Below are positions 1 to 9,990 of a stretch of DNA of 64,000 nt, one piece after another. Location: NCBI GenBank assembly GCA_965223325.1, contig CBDCWI010000002.1:2432001-2496000 (forward strand), given 5' to 3'. Both the position numbers and the translations under genes were made by a program. The stretch comes from Candidatus Multivoradales bacterium (GTDB lineage: Bacteria > Acidobacteriota > Thermoanaerobaculia > Multivoradales > Multivoraceae). Numbering within the stretch: position 1 is the stretch's first letter; each line of letters opens with the position of its first letter. The notes beneath the pieces are model-generated. The model saw only the letters and a list, made by a program, of their open reading frames with translations, searched no databases and was not told the DNA's origin.

Positions 1-990
1 GTCGCTGGCGACATCGTTGGCATCGCCAAACTCAAGAACACCCACACGGGCGACACCCTGACCAGCAAGGACAAACCGGTCCGCCTCGGCTGGATCGACC
101 CACCGGTGTCGGCGATGTCGTTTGCCATCGAGCCCAGGTCGAAGGGCGACGAAGAGAAGATCGGCGACGCGATCCTGCGCCTCGTCGAGGAAGATCCGAG
201 TCTGCGCGCCGGGCGTGATCCCCAAACCGGTGAATACCTTCTCACCGGCACCAGCCAGCTGCACGTCGAGATCGCGGTGGCGCGGCTGAAGAATCGCTAC
301 AAGGTCGAGGTCATCCTGCATCCGCCCAAGGTTCCCTACCGCGAAACCATCAAGCGTGCCGCCGACGGCCACGGGCGCCACAAGAAGCAGTCGGGCGGGC
401 GTGGCCAGTTCGCCGACTGCAAGATCAAGATGGAGCCGCGCGAAAGCGGTGCCGGTTTCGAGTTTGCCGATGAGATCTTCGGCGGTTCGATTCCCCAGGG
501 GTATCGCCCGGCGGTTGAGAAAGGCATCGTGGAAGCAGCCGAGCGCGGCTTCCTCGCCGGCTACCCGATGGTCGACTTCCGCGTGCGGCTGCTCGACGGC
601 CAGTACCACGACGTGGATTCGTCGGAAATGGCGTTCAAGATCGCTGGCTCGTTGGCCTACAAAGACGCGATGACGAACGCTGCACCAACCATTCTCGAAC
701 CGATCATGGCGGTCGAAATCAACACCACCGAAGAGTTCATGGGCGACGTGATGGGCGATCTCTCGCAGCGTCGAGGCCGCCCGCAAGGCATGGACACCAA
801 GGGCAACAAGCAGGTGGTCAAAGCGACCGTGCCGCTTGCCGAGATGCTCGACTACGCAACCGCTCTGCGGTCGATGACCCAGGGGCGGGCCAACTTCTCG
901 ATGGACTTCTCGCACTACGACGAGGTGCCGCGCAACATCCAGGAGCGCATCATCGCCGAGGCGCAGCGCGAACAGGCTGAGGCGTCCTAG
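1..990 (+). CDS. fusA2: Elongation factor G paralog (EF-G2/FusA-like), 5'-truncated by window edge
   Basis: Frame open from base 1 (VAGDIVGIAKLKNTHTGDTL); EF-G domain III-V motifs [34 protein letters not shown]; distinct from the str-operon fusA. Confidence 0.9.
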   Translation, partial: VAGDIVGIAKLKNTHTGDTLTSKDKPVRLGWIDPPVSAMSFAIEPRSKGDEEKIGDAILRLVEEDPSLRAGRDPQTGEYLLTGTSQLHVEIAVARLKNRYKVEVILHPPKVPYRETIKRAADGHGRHKKQSGGRGQFADCKIKMEPRESGAGFEFADEIFGGSIPQGYRPAVEKGIVEAAERGFLAGYPMVDFRVRLLDGQYHDVDSSEMAFKIAGSLAYKDAMTNAAPTILEPIMAVEINTTEEFMGDVMGDLSQRRGRPQGMDTKGNKQVVKATVPLAEMLDYATALRSMTQGRANFSMDFSHYDEVPRNIQERIIAEAQREQAEAS

Positions 991-2034
991 CTGAGGCTTC
1001 GTTGCGCACCGACCCGCGCTGAGGCATCGTCGGGTCGACCCTCTGGGGCGGGAAGGCTTCGCTCTGCCCTCTCTTCTTTCACCCTGCTCCTGCTTGCAGC
1101 GACCAGCGCGGGGGCGGCACCGCGCGCGCGCATCGAGGGCCGTGTTCTGACCATCGAAGCACCGCTCGAGTACGGCGGTTTGCTGGCGAGTCTCGAACCA
1201 GACGTCGACCGGCTGGTCGAGGTCGTCGAGCGCGACCTCGACCTACACGCCGCCGGACCAATCCGGATCTACCTCATTCCACCCGTGCTCGACGACCCGG
1301 AGCTACGCGCGATCAACGGCCGGGCTCCCGAGTGGGCGGCTGGTTTCATGCTGCCGCAAGAACGAATTGGTGCGGTGCGACTTTCCCAGGTCAACACCTA
1401 CCCTCATGACGGCCTGCGCATGGTCCTCGCTCACGAAGTCACCCACCAGCTGGTTTACGACGGGGTCGGGCACGAGCTTCCGCAGTGGCTCAGCGAGGGT
1501 GTTGCCACCTGGGAAGGCAGGCGGCGAGGACTCCGTGACTGGTTCGTCGCGTCGTCAGTCATTGTGCCCGGCGGCTTGCCGACGTTGCGCGAGCTCGATC
1601 GCGATTTCGGCCGCACCGCCGGTCATACCCGTCGCGCCTACGCGCTCAGTTTCGACTTCGTCGACTGGAGCGTCGATCGCTACGGGCAACAGTTCCTGCC
1701 CGACCTTCTCGACCAGATACCGCGCACCTCCTCGATCGAGGAAGCCTGGCAGCGCGCGGGTGGCGAAGATCTGGCGCTCGCTGAGGGCAAGTGGCGTCGC
1801 AGCACTCTCTTGCTCCATCGCTGGCTACCGCTTCTCTCGGGCTCTGGCTCGCTGTGGATTCTGGTCACTCTGATCGCTCTTTTGGCCGGCGTTGGCAGGC
1901 GACGAAAGACGCGGGTTATCGAAGCGAAGTGGGCCGCAGAGGCTGCGGCACTCGAAGGCCAGACCTGGGACGACACCCTGCCCACTGGCTCGGAAGATGG
2001 CGAAAGTGGGAACAACAGCGAGTGGGTCAACTAA
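991..2034 (+). CDS. Peptidase MA-like zinc metallohydrolase, exported, with C-terminal TM anchor; probable CTG start at 991 (first near-canonical start is TTG 1180)
   Basis: HEVTH plus LPQWLSEGVA gluzincin-type motif; signal-peptide-like RLRSALSSFTLLLLAATSAGAAP in frame upstream of 1180; C-terminal hydrophobic helix followed by RRRK. Confidence 0.75.
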   Translation: MRLRCAPTRAEASSGRPSGAGRLRSALSSFTLLLLAATSAGAAPRARIEGRVLTIEAPLEYGGLLASLEPDVDRLVEVVERDLDLHAAGPIRIYLIPPVLDDPELRAINGRAPEWAAGFMLPQERIGAVRLSQVNTYPHDGLRMVLAHEVTHQLVYDGVGHELPQWLSEGVATWEGRRRGLRDWFVASSVIVPGGLPTLRELDRDFGRTAGHTRRAYALSFDFVDWSVDRYGQQFLPDLLDQIPRTSSIEEAWQRAGGEDLALAEGKWRRSTLLLHRWLPLLSGSGSLWILVTLIALLAGVGRRRKTRVIEAKWAAEAAALEGQTWDDTLPTGSEDGESGNNSEWVN

Positions 2035-2205
2035 CCGGTGACCGGCGGCCACCCGGAGCACGATTACCTAATACCCATATGGCGAGGCACGGGCTACAAT
2101 CAACCGGCTAGCAACAGTTGTTTGAAGGCCGCGAAAGCCAGCCATCGTCCGAGCGGCGAAGGCCGGGAGGCCTGTTACCCCACGAACCAGCGATAGGAGA
2201 CTCCG

Positions 2206-2535
2206 ATGAGCGACGAGATTTTTGACAAAGCCAAAGCTGACCTCGACAAGTACGGCGGTGGTGACGAAGCCGTCCTGAAGGGCATCATCAAGCATCTCGG
2301 TATCGCCGTGCGCAGCAAAGATGCAAGCCTCGTTTCGGTCTCCGACCCGAGTGAGCTCGAGCGGGTTCGCGAAAGCTTCCTCAAGAAGAAGCTCGGCCTC
2401 GACTCCAGCGACGCAGAGCTCGACGGCGAGATCCAGAAGGTCGCTGAAGAGATGAAGGGCGATCACAACAAGCAGCGCACGACCTTCTACTACCTGCTGG
2501 CCAAGAACCTTGGCCGCACAGGAGACTTCGCGTAG
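2206..2535 (+). CDS. DUF2853-like small protein
   Basis: DASLVSVSDPSELERVRESFLKKKLGL and RTTFYYLLAK motifs; AGGAG RBS upstream. Confidence 0.75.
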   Translation: MSDEIFDKAKADLDKYGGGDEAVLKGIIKHLGIAVRSKDASLVSVSDPSELERVRESFLKKKLGLDSSDAELDGEIQKVAEEMKGDHNKQRTTFYYLLAKNLGRTGDFA

Positions 2536-2572
2536 AGGCCCCCGCCGCCGGAGTTCTTCCGGCCGGAAACAC

Positions 2573-2602
2573 AAAGGCGAGCCCAGCGGGCTCGCCTTTC
2601 TT
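2573..2602. terminator. Bidirectional intrinsic terminator
   Basis: AAAGGCGAGCCC-AGC-GGGCTCGCCTTT perfect stem between convergent genes. Confidence 0.8.
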
Positions 2603-2632
2603 CATTCCGAGGGCGAAGACCGCTCGGCGCTG

Positions 2633-2998
2633 CTAGCTCGGATCGTAGTCGACGAACTCGAGAATCGCTTCTTCGGCGCCGTCTCCACGACGGGGGCCGA
2701 GCTTGACGATTCGAAGGTACCCACCGGGGCGATCGCTGAAACGCGGCGCGATGTCATCAAAGAGTCTCTTGACGATGTCACGGTCTGCGATCCAACGCCG
2801 CACCATCCGGCGTGAGTGCACGCTGTCGTCACGACTGCGGGTTACCAGCTTCTCGGCCACCGGCCGCAGCTCCTTCGCCTTCGGCAAGGTGGTGCGAATC
2901 CGCTCGTGCTGGAACAGAGAAGCCAACTGATTGCGGAACATCGCCCGCCGATGGGAGGACGTCCGTCCAAGTTTCCTGTGCTTCATTCCGTGACGCAT
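2633..2998 (-). CDS. rplQ: 50S ribosomal protein L17
   Basis: MRH...KLGRTSSHRRAM, RRGDGAEEAILEFV. Confidence 0.98.
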   Translation of the reverse strand: MRHGMKHRKLGRTSSHRRAMFRNQLASLFQHERIRTTLPKAKELRPVAEKLVTRSRDDSVHSRRMVRRWIADRDIVKRLFDDIAPRFSDRPGGYLRIVKLGPRRGDGAEEAILEFVDYDPS

Positions 2999-3047
2999 TT
3001 CTTACTCCAAGAGGGCTCCTCTCCCATAGGAGGAAGGCCCGTAACAC

Positions 3048-4028
3048 CTAAAGGCCGGCTGCTGGGCGCTCGGGGACGTCCATGCCGAAGGAAAGACCAA
3101 GAGCCGCAAGGATGTCCGAGATCTCCTCGAGCGACTTCTTGCCGAAGTTCTTGGTCTCCAACATTTCGCGCTCGCTACGCCGCACCAGCTCGCGCAGGGT
3201 GGTGATCTCCGCGTTCTTGAGACAGTTGGCGGAGCGCACCGAGAGGTCCAACTCGTCGATGCTGCGCTCGAGCACCGCGTCGAGACCGGTGAGCTCCTCG
3301 GGAACGGTACGCTCCGGCCCAGCGTGGATGCTCTCCTCAGCTTCAATGAAGATCGTGAGGTGATCCTTGAGCAGCATCGAAGCGCGCGACAGGGCATGTT
3401 CCGGAGCGATCGTGCCGTTGGTCCAGACCTCGAGAGTCAGGCGCTCATAGTCGGTGGCGCGACCCAGGCGTGCAGACTCGACGCTGTAGTTGACCTTGCG
3501 CACCGGGGTGTGAACGGAATCCAGCGGAATCCAGCCGATACCCATGGTCTCGTCGAAGTTCTTGTCGGCGCTCACGTACCCACGACCGTTCGAGACCCGC
3601 GCTTCCAGGCGAAGGTTGCCCTCCTCGTTCAAGGTCGCGATGCGCACGTCCGGGTCGCAAATTTCGACCGATGGGTCCGCCTGGATGTCGGCCGCGGTCA
3701 CAACCGCCGGCCCCTTGACGTCGATCGTCACGATGCGTGGTTCTTCGCCTTCGTAGCGAATCGGAACCTGCTTGAGGTTGAGAATCAGGTCGGTGACGTC
3801 GTCGACAACACCGGTGAGCGAGGAGAACTCGTGGAGTACACCTTCGATCTGAACAGCGGTGACCGCTGCTCCTTCGATCGAAGAAAGCAGGCTGCGACGC
3901 AGAGCGTTGCCCACCGTCGTGCCAAAGCCCCGCTCGAAGGGCTGGGCGGTGAACTTGCCATAGTTTGGCGTGAGCGAGTCATGATCTGCCTCAACCCGCT
4001 TGGGGCGCTGAAAGCCTTTCCAAAGCAT
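3048..4028 (-). CDS. rpoA: RNA polymerase alpha subunit
   Basis: PFERGFGTTVGNALRR, LSVRSANCLK, NFGKKSLEEI; ATG 4028 with GGAAAGGAG RBS. Confidence 0.98.
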   Translation of the reverse strand: MLWKGFQRPKRVEADHDSLTPNYGKFTAQPFERGFGTTVGNALRRSLLSSIEGAAVTAVQIEGVLHEFSSLTGVVDDVTDLILNLKQVPIRYEGEEPRIVTIDVKGPAVVTAADIQADPSVEICDPDVRIATLNEEGNLRLEARVSNGRGYVSADKNFDETMGIGWIPLDSVHTPVRKVNYSVESARLGRATDYERLTLEVWTNGTIAPEHALSRASMLLKDHLTIFIEAEESIHAGPERTVPEELTGLDAVLERSIDELDLSVRSANCLKNAEITTLRELVRRSEREMLETKNFGKKSLEEISDILAALGLSFGMDVPERPAAGL

Positions 4029-4194
4029 TGTCGTATCGACTCCTTTCCTGGGCACGGCTACCGGTTGGTAGAACGGCTTCGAATGCTGGGAGAGATCTCG
4101 AAAGCGAGAACTCAGAGGGTGATGAACGGAAACTGATCAGCGCGACCTCGACGGTCGCTGGTGTCTGCCCTCTCGGGCAAGAACAAAGGGGCGT

Positions 4195-4584
4195 TCAGAC
4201 GCGGCGACGCTTGCGTGGGCGGCAGCCGTTGTGGGGAATCGGGGTCACGTCGCGGATGGACTTGACACTCAGACCAGTGGCCTGGAGTGCGCGCACGGCC
4301 GATTCTCGACCGCCACCCGGGCCCTTGACCTGCACATCGATGGTGCGCACGCCCATGTCCTTGGCCTGGTAACCACAGTTCTGGGCGGCGATCTGGGCGG
4401 CGTAGGGCGTGCCCTTGCGCGACCCTTTGAAACCCGCGCGACCAGCGGAAGACCAGGTCAGGACGTTGCCTTCGGGATCGCTGATGGTGATCTGCGTGTT
4501 GTTGAAGGTGGCACGCACGCTGGCCAGGGCGTGAGACGGTGCATCACGCTTCTTGTTCTTTTTGTCAGTGTTGGGCTTTGCCAT
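4195..4584 (-). CDS. rpsK: 30S ribosomal protein S11
   Basis: [18 protein letters not shown]. Confidence 0.98.
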   Translation of the reverse strand: MAKPNTDKKNKKRDAPSHALASVRATFNNTQITISDPEGNVLTWSSAGRAGFKGSRKGTPYAAQIAAQNCGYQAKDMGVRTIDVQVKGPGGGRESAVRALQATGLSVKSIRDVTPIPHNGCRPRKRRRV

Positions 4585-4615
4585 CTTCTTCTATCTCCTG
4601 AACGCCGTGCGTTCT

Positions 4616-4996
4616 CTACTTCTTGACCTTCTTCTTGCCGGCGACGGTAGCGCGACGGGGACCCTTACGGGTACGGGCGTTGGTGCTCGTGCGTTGACCG
4701 CGAACCGGCAGCCCGCGGCTGTGGCGAACGCCGCGGTAGCAACCGATCTCCTGGAGTCTCTTGATGTTCTGGATGACGTCCTTGCGCAGGTCACCCTCGA
4801 CTCCGCCTTCCTCCTGGATGATCTCGCGAATGCGGCGGGCTTCCTCCTCGGTAAGGTCTTTGACTTTGACAGTGGGCTCGACCTCGGCCTTCTCGAGGAT
4901 GTTGTACGAGCGCGTCTTGCCAATACCGTAGATGTAGGTCAAGCCGACCCAGACCTGTTTCGGCTGCGGAAGATCGATACCAGCGATACGTGCCAT
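4616..4996 (-). CDS. rpsM: 30S ribosomal protein S13
   Basis: [28 protein letters not shown]; true start ATG 4996. Confidence 0.97.
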   Translation of the reverse strand: MARIAGIDLPQPKQVWVGLTYIYGIGKTRSYNILEKAEVEPTVKVKDLTEEEARRIREIIQEEGGVEGDLRKDVIQNIKRLQEIGCYRGVRHSRGLPVRGQRTSTNARTRKGPRRATVAGKKKVKK

Positions 4997-4998
4997 GC

Positions 4999-5112
4999 CT
5001 AGCCCTGCCTCTGCTTGTGCTTGGGGTTCTCGCAAAGGACGCGCACAACACCCCTACGACGCACGACTTTGCACTTGTCGCACATTCTCTTGACTGACGC
5101 TCTTACCTTCAT
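4999..5112 (-). CDS. rpmJ: 50S ribosomal protein L36, Zn-binding (C+) form; below the ORF-track cutoff
   Basis: Manual translation [37 protein letters not shown]. Confidence 0.97.
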   Translation of the reverse strand: MKVRASVKRMCDKCKVVRRRGVVRVLCENPKHKQRQG

Positions 5113-5130
5113 GACTCTCTCTTTTCCCTC

Positions 5131-5355
5131 TTAGGTACGCAGCCTGTAGACGATGCGGCCGCGCTCGGGGTCGTATGGCGACAGCTCGACGCGCACCCGA
5201 TCGCCGGGCAGGATCCGAATGAAGTGCTTGCGCATCTTTCCGGAGATGTGGGTCAACGCTAGATGGCCGTTTTCCAGTTCCACGCGGAACATCGCGTTCG
5301 GCAGTGTTTCCACAACCGTCGCTTCGACCTCGATTCCTTCTTCTTTTTCTGACAA
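5131..5355 (-). CDS. infA: Translation initiation factor IF-1
   Basis: [33 protein letters not shown]. Confidence 0.98.
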   Translation of the reverse strand: MSEKEEGIEVEATVVETLPNAMFRVELENGHLALTHISGKMRKHFIRILPGDRVRVELSPYDPERGRIVYRLRT

Positions 5356-5447
5356 ACCTGAATGCCTCTCTTGTGACCCGATCCGTAAGTGAACTGCGGG
5401 GAGGGGAAGAACCTCTTTCGGACCTTGGAAATTCCGTCCCTGCCGTA

Positions 5448-6227
5448 TCAGCTGGCGACTCCCAGAACACGTGGACCGTCTTCGGTGACGGCGATCGAGT
5501 ACTCAAAGTGGGCGGAAAGTGAACCGTCGCTGGTGCGTGCGGTCCAACCATCTGCATCGACTGAAACGTCTGGCGAACCTACGTTGACCATCGGCTCGAT
5601 CGCGAGAACCAGCCCCACGTCGAGCTTACGGCCGCGCCCCGGTTCACCATAGTTCGGAACCTGCGGCGCCTCGTGCAAGCTGGTGCCCACACCGTGACCG
5701 ACGAACTCTCGAACCACCGAGAAACCGTGCTCCTCGACATGGCTCTGCACCGCATGCCCGATATCGGACAGGCGCGCCCCGGGCTGCGCCGCGCGAACAG
5801 CATGTTCGAGCGACTCCTGGGTCACCCGCAGCAGACGATCAGCGTCGGACGAAACGTCTCCCACCCGGAAGGTGCGAGCCGAGTCACCGTAGTAGCCCTT
5901 GTAGAGAACGCCGCAGTCAAAGCCAACTATATCGCCTTCAACGAGCGCCTTATCATCTGGAATGCCATGCACGATCACATCGTTGATCGCGGTACAAAGG
6001 GTGGCGGGAAATCCCCGATATCCTAGAAATGCGGGAACCCCTCCAGCGTCGCGGATCAACCCCTCGGCCCAGGCATCGAGCTCCGCCGTGGTGACTCCCG
6101 GCTGCACGCGTTCGCCCAGACCCGCCAGAACACGCTGCACGATGACGTTGGCCTCGTGCATGAGCTCGATCTCACCAGCGGTCTTCAGGTGCACGCCGTC
6201 CTTCTTGCGAGCCAGCCAACCCTTCAT
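5448..6227 (-). CDS. map: Methionine aminopeptidase type I
   Basis: [30 protein letters not shown]. Confidence 0.97.
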   Translation of the reverse strand: MKGWLARKKDGVHLKTAGEIELMHEANVIVQRVLAGLGERVQPGVTTAELDAWAEGLIRDAGGVPAFLGYRGFPATLCTAINDVIVHGIPDDKALVEGDIVGFDCGVLYKGYYGDSARTFRVGDVSSDADRLLRVTQESLEHAVRAAQPGARLSDIGHAVQSHVEEHGFSVVREFVGHGVGTSLHEAPQVPNYGEPGRGRKLDVGLVLAIEPMVNVGSPDVSVDADGWTARTSDGSLSAHFEYSIAVTEDGPRVLGVAS

Positions 6228-6859
6228 CAGCTGGCCTCCTGCTCGCCGCCGGTGCCAGGCGCGTCGCAGCCACAGTCGCAGCCAAAGTCACAGCCGATGG
6301 CCAACAAGATCGCAGCCGAGACTTCATCGATGGCCTGGTTGCCGTCAATGCGGCGCAACAGGCCTTCGGCACGGTAGCGCTCGATCAGGGGAGCAGTCTC
6401 ACTGTCGTAGACATCGAGCCGGTCCGCCACGACCGCCTCGGTGTCGTCAGCGCGGCCACGACTCAACAGGCGTTTCATCAGCTCCGCTCGCGGCACATCG
6501 ATGAGCAGAACGTGATCGATGCTGGCCTGGCGGCGGACAAGGATTTCCACCATCTTTTCGGCCTGCGGAGCGGTCCGGGGGTAACCGTCGAGAAGATAGC
6601 CACCTTCTGTATCTGGAGCGGTCAGGCGTTCTGAGACGACGCCTGCCATCAGTTCGTCGCTGACCAGGCCGCCCTCAGCCATCACACCCTTGACCTCGAG
6701 CCCCAGCTCGGTTTCGGCGGCGACCGCCTCACGCAACATATCCCCCGTCGAGATCGCCGGCACGCCCAGCCGCTCGGCCAGGATCGCTGCCTGCGTTCCC
6801 TTACCAGACCCCGGAGGGCCTAGGAAAATGATGCGAATCGGCTGCTTAGCGTCGGCCAC
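6227..6859 (-). CDS. adk: Adenylate kinase, short-LID type, with Cys-repeat C-terminal tail
   Basis: GPPGSGKGTQA, LDGYPRT, RGRADD. Confidence 0.96.
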   Translation of the reverse strand: MADAKQPIRIIFLGPPGSGKGTQAAILAERLGVPAISTGDMLREAVAAETELGLEVKGVMAEGGLVSDELMAGVVSERLTAPDTEGGYLLDGYPRTAPQAEKMVEILVRRQASIDHVLLIDVPRAELMKRLLSRGRADDTEAVVADRLDVYDSETAPLIERYRAEGLLRRIDGNQAIDEVSAAILLAIGCDFGCDCGCDAPGTGGEQEAS

Positions 6860-8225
6860 GAAGTCGCCCCTTCTTCATGAAGCCTTCATAGTTGCGCATC
6901 ACCAGCTGCGATTCGATCTGCTGCAGCAAGTCCATGGCAACGCCAACCACGATGAGTAGCGAGGTACCGCCGAAATAGAAGTTGATCCCCAGCCCCTCGG
7001 TGAACCAGGTGGGCGCAAAGTTCTCGAGCTGCGGCCCAACGAAAGGCAAGCCGCCGACCTTGAAGCCCGACAAGAGGAACTCCGGCAGCACCGACACAGC
7101 TGCCAGGTAGAGCGCGCCGACGAGGGTGATGCGGGTCAAGATCTTGTCGATGTACTCGGCGGTTCGTTTGCCCGAGCGAATGCCGGGAATGAAACCACCG
7201 TACTTGCGCATGTTCTCCGCGAGATCAGCCGGGTTGAAAATGATCGACACGTAGAAGAAGCAGAAGAAGATGATCGCCGCCACGTAGAGCAGGTAGTAGA
7301 TCGGCTGCCCCCACTGAATCGTCTCGGCAATGCGCTGAACCCAGGGCAGCTGCACCATGCCACCGATGGTGGCCGGCACGGTCACGATCGAGCTTGCAAA
7401 GATGACGGGGATCACCCCGCCGGTGTTGACCTTGAGCGGCAAGTAGGTGCTCTGCCCGCCGGCCATGCGGCGGCCCACGACGCGCTTGGCGTACTGCACC
7501 GGGATGCGGCGTTGCGCCTTCTCCATATAGACGATGAAGGCAGTGACCAACAGCATGAAGACCACCAGGATCAGCACCGTGATGACGCTCAGCGAGCCGT
7601 TCTGAACCGAGTTGAGGGTGTCGAGCGTGGCCGGAACCAGGCCGACGACAATGCCCGCGAAGATGATCAGCGAGATGCCGTTCCCGATTCCACGCTCGGT
7701 GATCTGCTCGCCGAGCCACATGACGAAGGCGCAACCGGTCGTGAGAGACAAGACGGTCATCAGCACGAAACCAACGCCCGGTTCGGGCACCAGCTGACTA
7801 CCACCCTCGGTGGTCACCCGTTGCAACCAGATCGCGATACCGGTGGACTGGATGACCGAGATCAGAACCGTTCCGTAGCGGGTGTACTGAGTGATCTTCT
7901 TGCGGCCAGCTTCACCTTCCTTCGAGAGCTTCTCGAGGGCGGGAGAGACAACGGTCAGCAGCTGCAGAATGATCGAGGCCGTAATGTACGGCATGATGCC
8001 GAGCGCAAACACGGCGACACGACCGAGCGCCCCACCACTGAAGGTGTTGACGAACCCGACGAGGGTCCCCTCCATCGCGGTCATGAACTCGAGCAGCGCA
8101 GCCGGATCGATTCCTGGCGTCGGAATCTGGCACCCCAACCGGTAGACCGCCAACATGGCGAACATGAAAAGCAGGCGATTCCGGAGATCCGGAATCGCGA
8201 ACATGTTGCGAAAACTCTCGATCAC
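6846..8225 (-). CDS. secY: Preprotein translocase SecY
   Basis: [36 protein letters not shown]; probable GTG start at 8225 overlapping the rplO stop. Confidence 0.97.
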   Translation of the reverse strand: MIESFRNMFAIPDLRNRLLFMFAMLAVYRLGCQIPTPGIDPAALLEFMTAMEGTLVGFVNTFSGGALGRVAVFALGIMPYITASIILQLLTVVSPALEKLSKEGEAGRKKITQYTRYGTVLISVIQSTGIAIWLQRVTTEGGSQLVPEPGVGFVLMTVLSLTTGCAFVMWLGEQITERGIGNGISLIIFAGIVVGLVPATLDTLNSVQNGSLSVITVLILVVFMLLVTAFIVYMEKAQRRIPVQYAKRVVGRRMAGGQSTYLPLKVNTGGVIPVIFASSIVTVPATIGGMVQLPWVQRIAETIQWGQPIYYLLYVAAIIFFCFFYVSIIFNPADLAENMRKYGGFIPGIRSGKRTAEYIDKILTRITLVGALYLAAVSVLPEFLLSGFKVGGLPFVGPQLENFAPTWFTEGLGINFYFGGTSLLIVVGVAMDLLQQIESQLVMRNYEGFMKKGRLRGRR

Positions 8226-8659
8226 TTCGAGATCTCCTCGCAACTACCACCGGCACCCTCGATCTTCTCGCGAGCGCTCTTGCTGAACTTGTGCGCCCGA
8301 ACGTGCACAGCCTTGGACAGGTCGCCGTCACCGAGGATCTTCACCTTGCGGTTGCGGCGTACAAGATGAGCCGCCGCAAGGCTCTCCGGAGTGATCGGAT
8401 TCTCGAGGTCTGCGAGGGCGCCAACATTGAGAACCGAGTACTCGGTTCTGAAGATGTTGGTGAACCCTCGCTTCGGCACACGGCGAACCAGTGGCATCTG
8501 GCCACCCTCGAAGCCAGGGCGCCGGCTGAAGCCGGAACGGGAGCGCTGCCCCTTGTTGCCACGACCGGCAGTGACGCCATTGCCCGAGCCAGGGCCACGC
8601 CCCACGCGCTTGCGCTTCTTGCGGCTTCCCTTGGCGGGTTTCAGGTCATGCAGTTTCAT
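8222..8659 (-). CDS. rplO: 50S ribosomal protein L15
   Basis: [17 protein letters not shown]. Confidence 0.98.
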   Translation of the reverse strand: MKLHDLKPAKGSRKKRKRVGRGPGSGNGVTAGRGNKGQRSRSGFSRRPGFEGGQMPLVRRVPKRGFTNIFRTEYSVLNVGALADLENPITPESLAAAHLVRRNRKVKILGDGDLSKAVHVRAHKFSKSAREKIEGAGGSCEEISK

Positions 8660-8763
8660 GGTTCGAATCCTCGTTGGCTCTCTGGCTGTCTGGTATTGGG
8701 CTGGCTGGTCTGGGAAGGAAAGTGTTAAGTCTTGGTTCAGTCTTGGTTGGTCGCCGGCAAGGC

Positions 8764-8958
8764 TCAGTCTTCGACCAGGCGCACGAGGTGCGGGATCTTC
8801 TTGATCATGCCGCGCACCGCCGGCGTGTCTTCACGCTCAACGACGTGACGAATGCGGCGCAGGCCGAGGCCGCGCAGCGTGTCGCGCTGCTTCTGGGTGC
8901 GACCGATAGGACTGCGGTACTGCTCGATCTTGATGGTTGCCTTCTTCTTCTTGGCCAT
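8764..8958 (-). CDS. rpmD: 50S ribosomal protein L30
   Basis: [20 protein letters not shown]...[15 protein letters not shown]; TAATG overlap with the rpsE stop. Confidence 0.96.
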   Translation of the reverse strand: MAKKKKATIKIEQYRSPIGRTQKQRDTLRGLGLRRIRHVVEREDTPAVRGMIKKIPHLVRLVED

Positions 8959-9506
8959 TACGAAGCTTCTCCTGCGACCTCCGGCCCGCCGGCGGGCTGC
9001 GGCGCGACCTCGTCGGTAACCAGTGGCAGGCCGCGAAGCTGCCGCACCTGATTCTGGCTGCGCAGCGAAACGAGGGCTGCAAAGGTCGCCTTGACGACGT
9101 TCTGCGGGTTGGTGGTGCCGAGCGACTTGGTGAGGATGTCCTGGACGCCGGCACATTCGATGACCGCACGCACCGGTCCGCCGGCAATGACGCCGGTACC
9201 TTGCGAGGCTGGCTTGAGCATCACGCGGCCGGCCGAGAAAACGCCGGTGACTTCGTGCGGAATCGTAGTCCCCGACATCGGCACGCGAATCAGGTTCTTC
9301 TTGGCGGACTCGATTCCCTTACGAATCGCCACCGGAACCTCCTTCGCCTTACCCGAGCCGTAGCCCACGCGCCCACGCCCGTCACCAATGACAACAAGTG
9401 CCGAGAACGAAAAGTTCTTACCACCCTTGACTACCTTGGTGACGCGATTGATGTGGACGACTTGCTCGAAGAAGTCTCGATCTAGTCGGTTGATTTCCCT
9501 GGCCAT
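8958..9506 (-). CDS. rpsE: 30S ribosomal protein S5
   Basis: [29 protein letters not shown]. Confidence 0.98.
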   Translation of the reverse strand: MAREINRLDRDFFEQVVHINRVTKVVKGGKNFSFSALVVIGDGRGRVGYGSGKAKEVPVAIRKGIESAKKNLIRVPMSGTTIPHEVTGVFSAGRVMLKPASQGTGVIAGGPVRAVIECAGVQDILTKSLGTTNPQNVVKATFAALVSLRSQNQVRQLRGLPLVTDEVAPQPAGGPEVAGEAS

Positions 9507-9966
9507 GTTCTAGTTCCTGTTCTTTGTCTCTTCTGAGCCGCACGGCGAAGCCGTGCTTGGCGGGAAGCTCCCTGGCTGGGAGCATGATCCTCATCATGCT
9601 TCTAGCCAGGAATGTGGACGACTTGCTCGAAGAAGTCTCGATCTAGTCGGTTGATTTCCCTGGCCATGTTCTAGTTCCTGTTCTTTGTCTCTTCTGAGCC
9701 GCACGGCGAAGCCGTGCTTGGCGGAAGGCTCCCTGGCTGGGAGCATGATCCTCATCATGCTTCTAGCCAGGAATGTGGACGACTTGCTCGAAGAAGTCTC
9801 GATCTAGTCGGTTGATTTCCCTGGCCATGTCTTAGTTCCTATCTCTTTCTTGGCTCCCACCTGAGCCTGGTCCCACCTGAGCCGCACGGCGAAGCCGTGC
9901 TTGGCGGGAAGCTCCCTGGCTTGGAGCATGATCCTCATCATGCTTCTAGCCAGGATCCCTGGCCAT
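9451..9966. repeat. Tandem array: three 79-bp double-hairpin elements (9533-9611, 9694-9772, 9877-9955) alternating with duplicated rpsE 5' ends; 161-bp period
   Basis: ATGTGGACGACTTGCTCG... recurs at 9451, 9612, 9773; hairpins GCACGGC-GAA-GCCGTGC and CCTGGCTGGGAGCATGAT-CCTC-ATCATGCTTCTAGCCAGG. Confidence 0.95.
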
Positions 9967-9990
9967 GTCTTGTTGAGGCGAAACCGCACA

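Noticed and set aside
9451-9966. Possible CRISPR array or IS element at rplR-rpsE
   Set aside because: The 79-bp unit is too long for a CRISPR repeat, spacers are duplicates of the adjacent gene, and there is no transposase or terminal inverted repeat pair; kept as an unclassified repeat.
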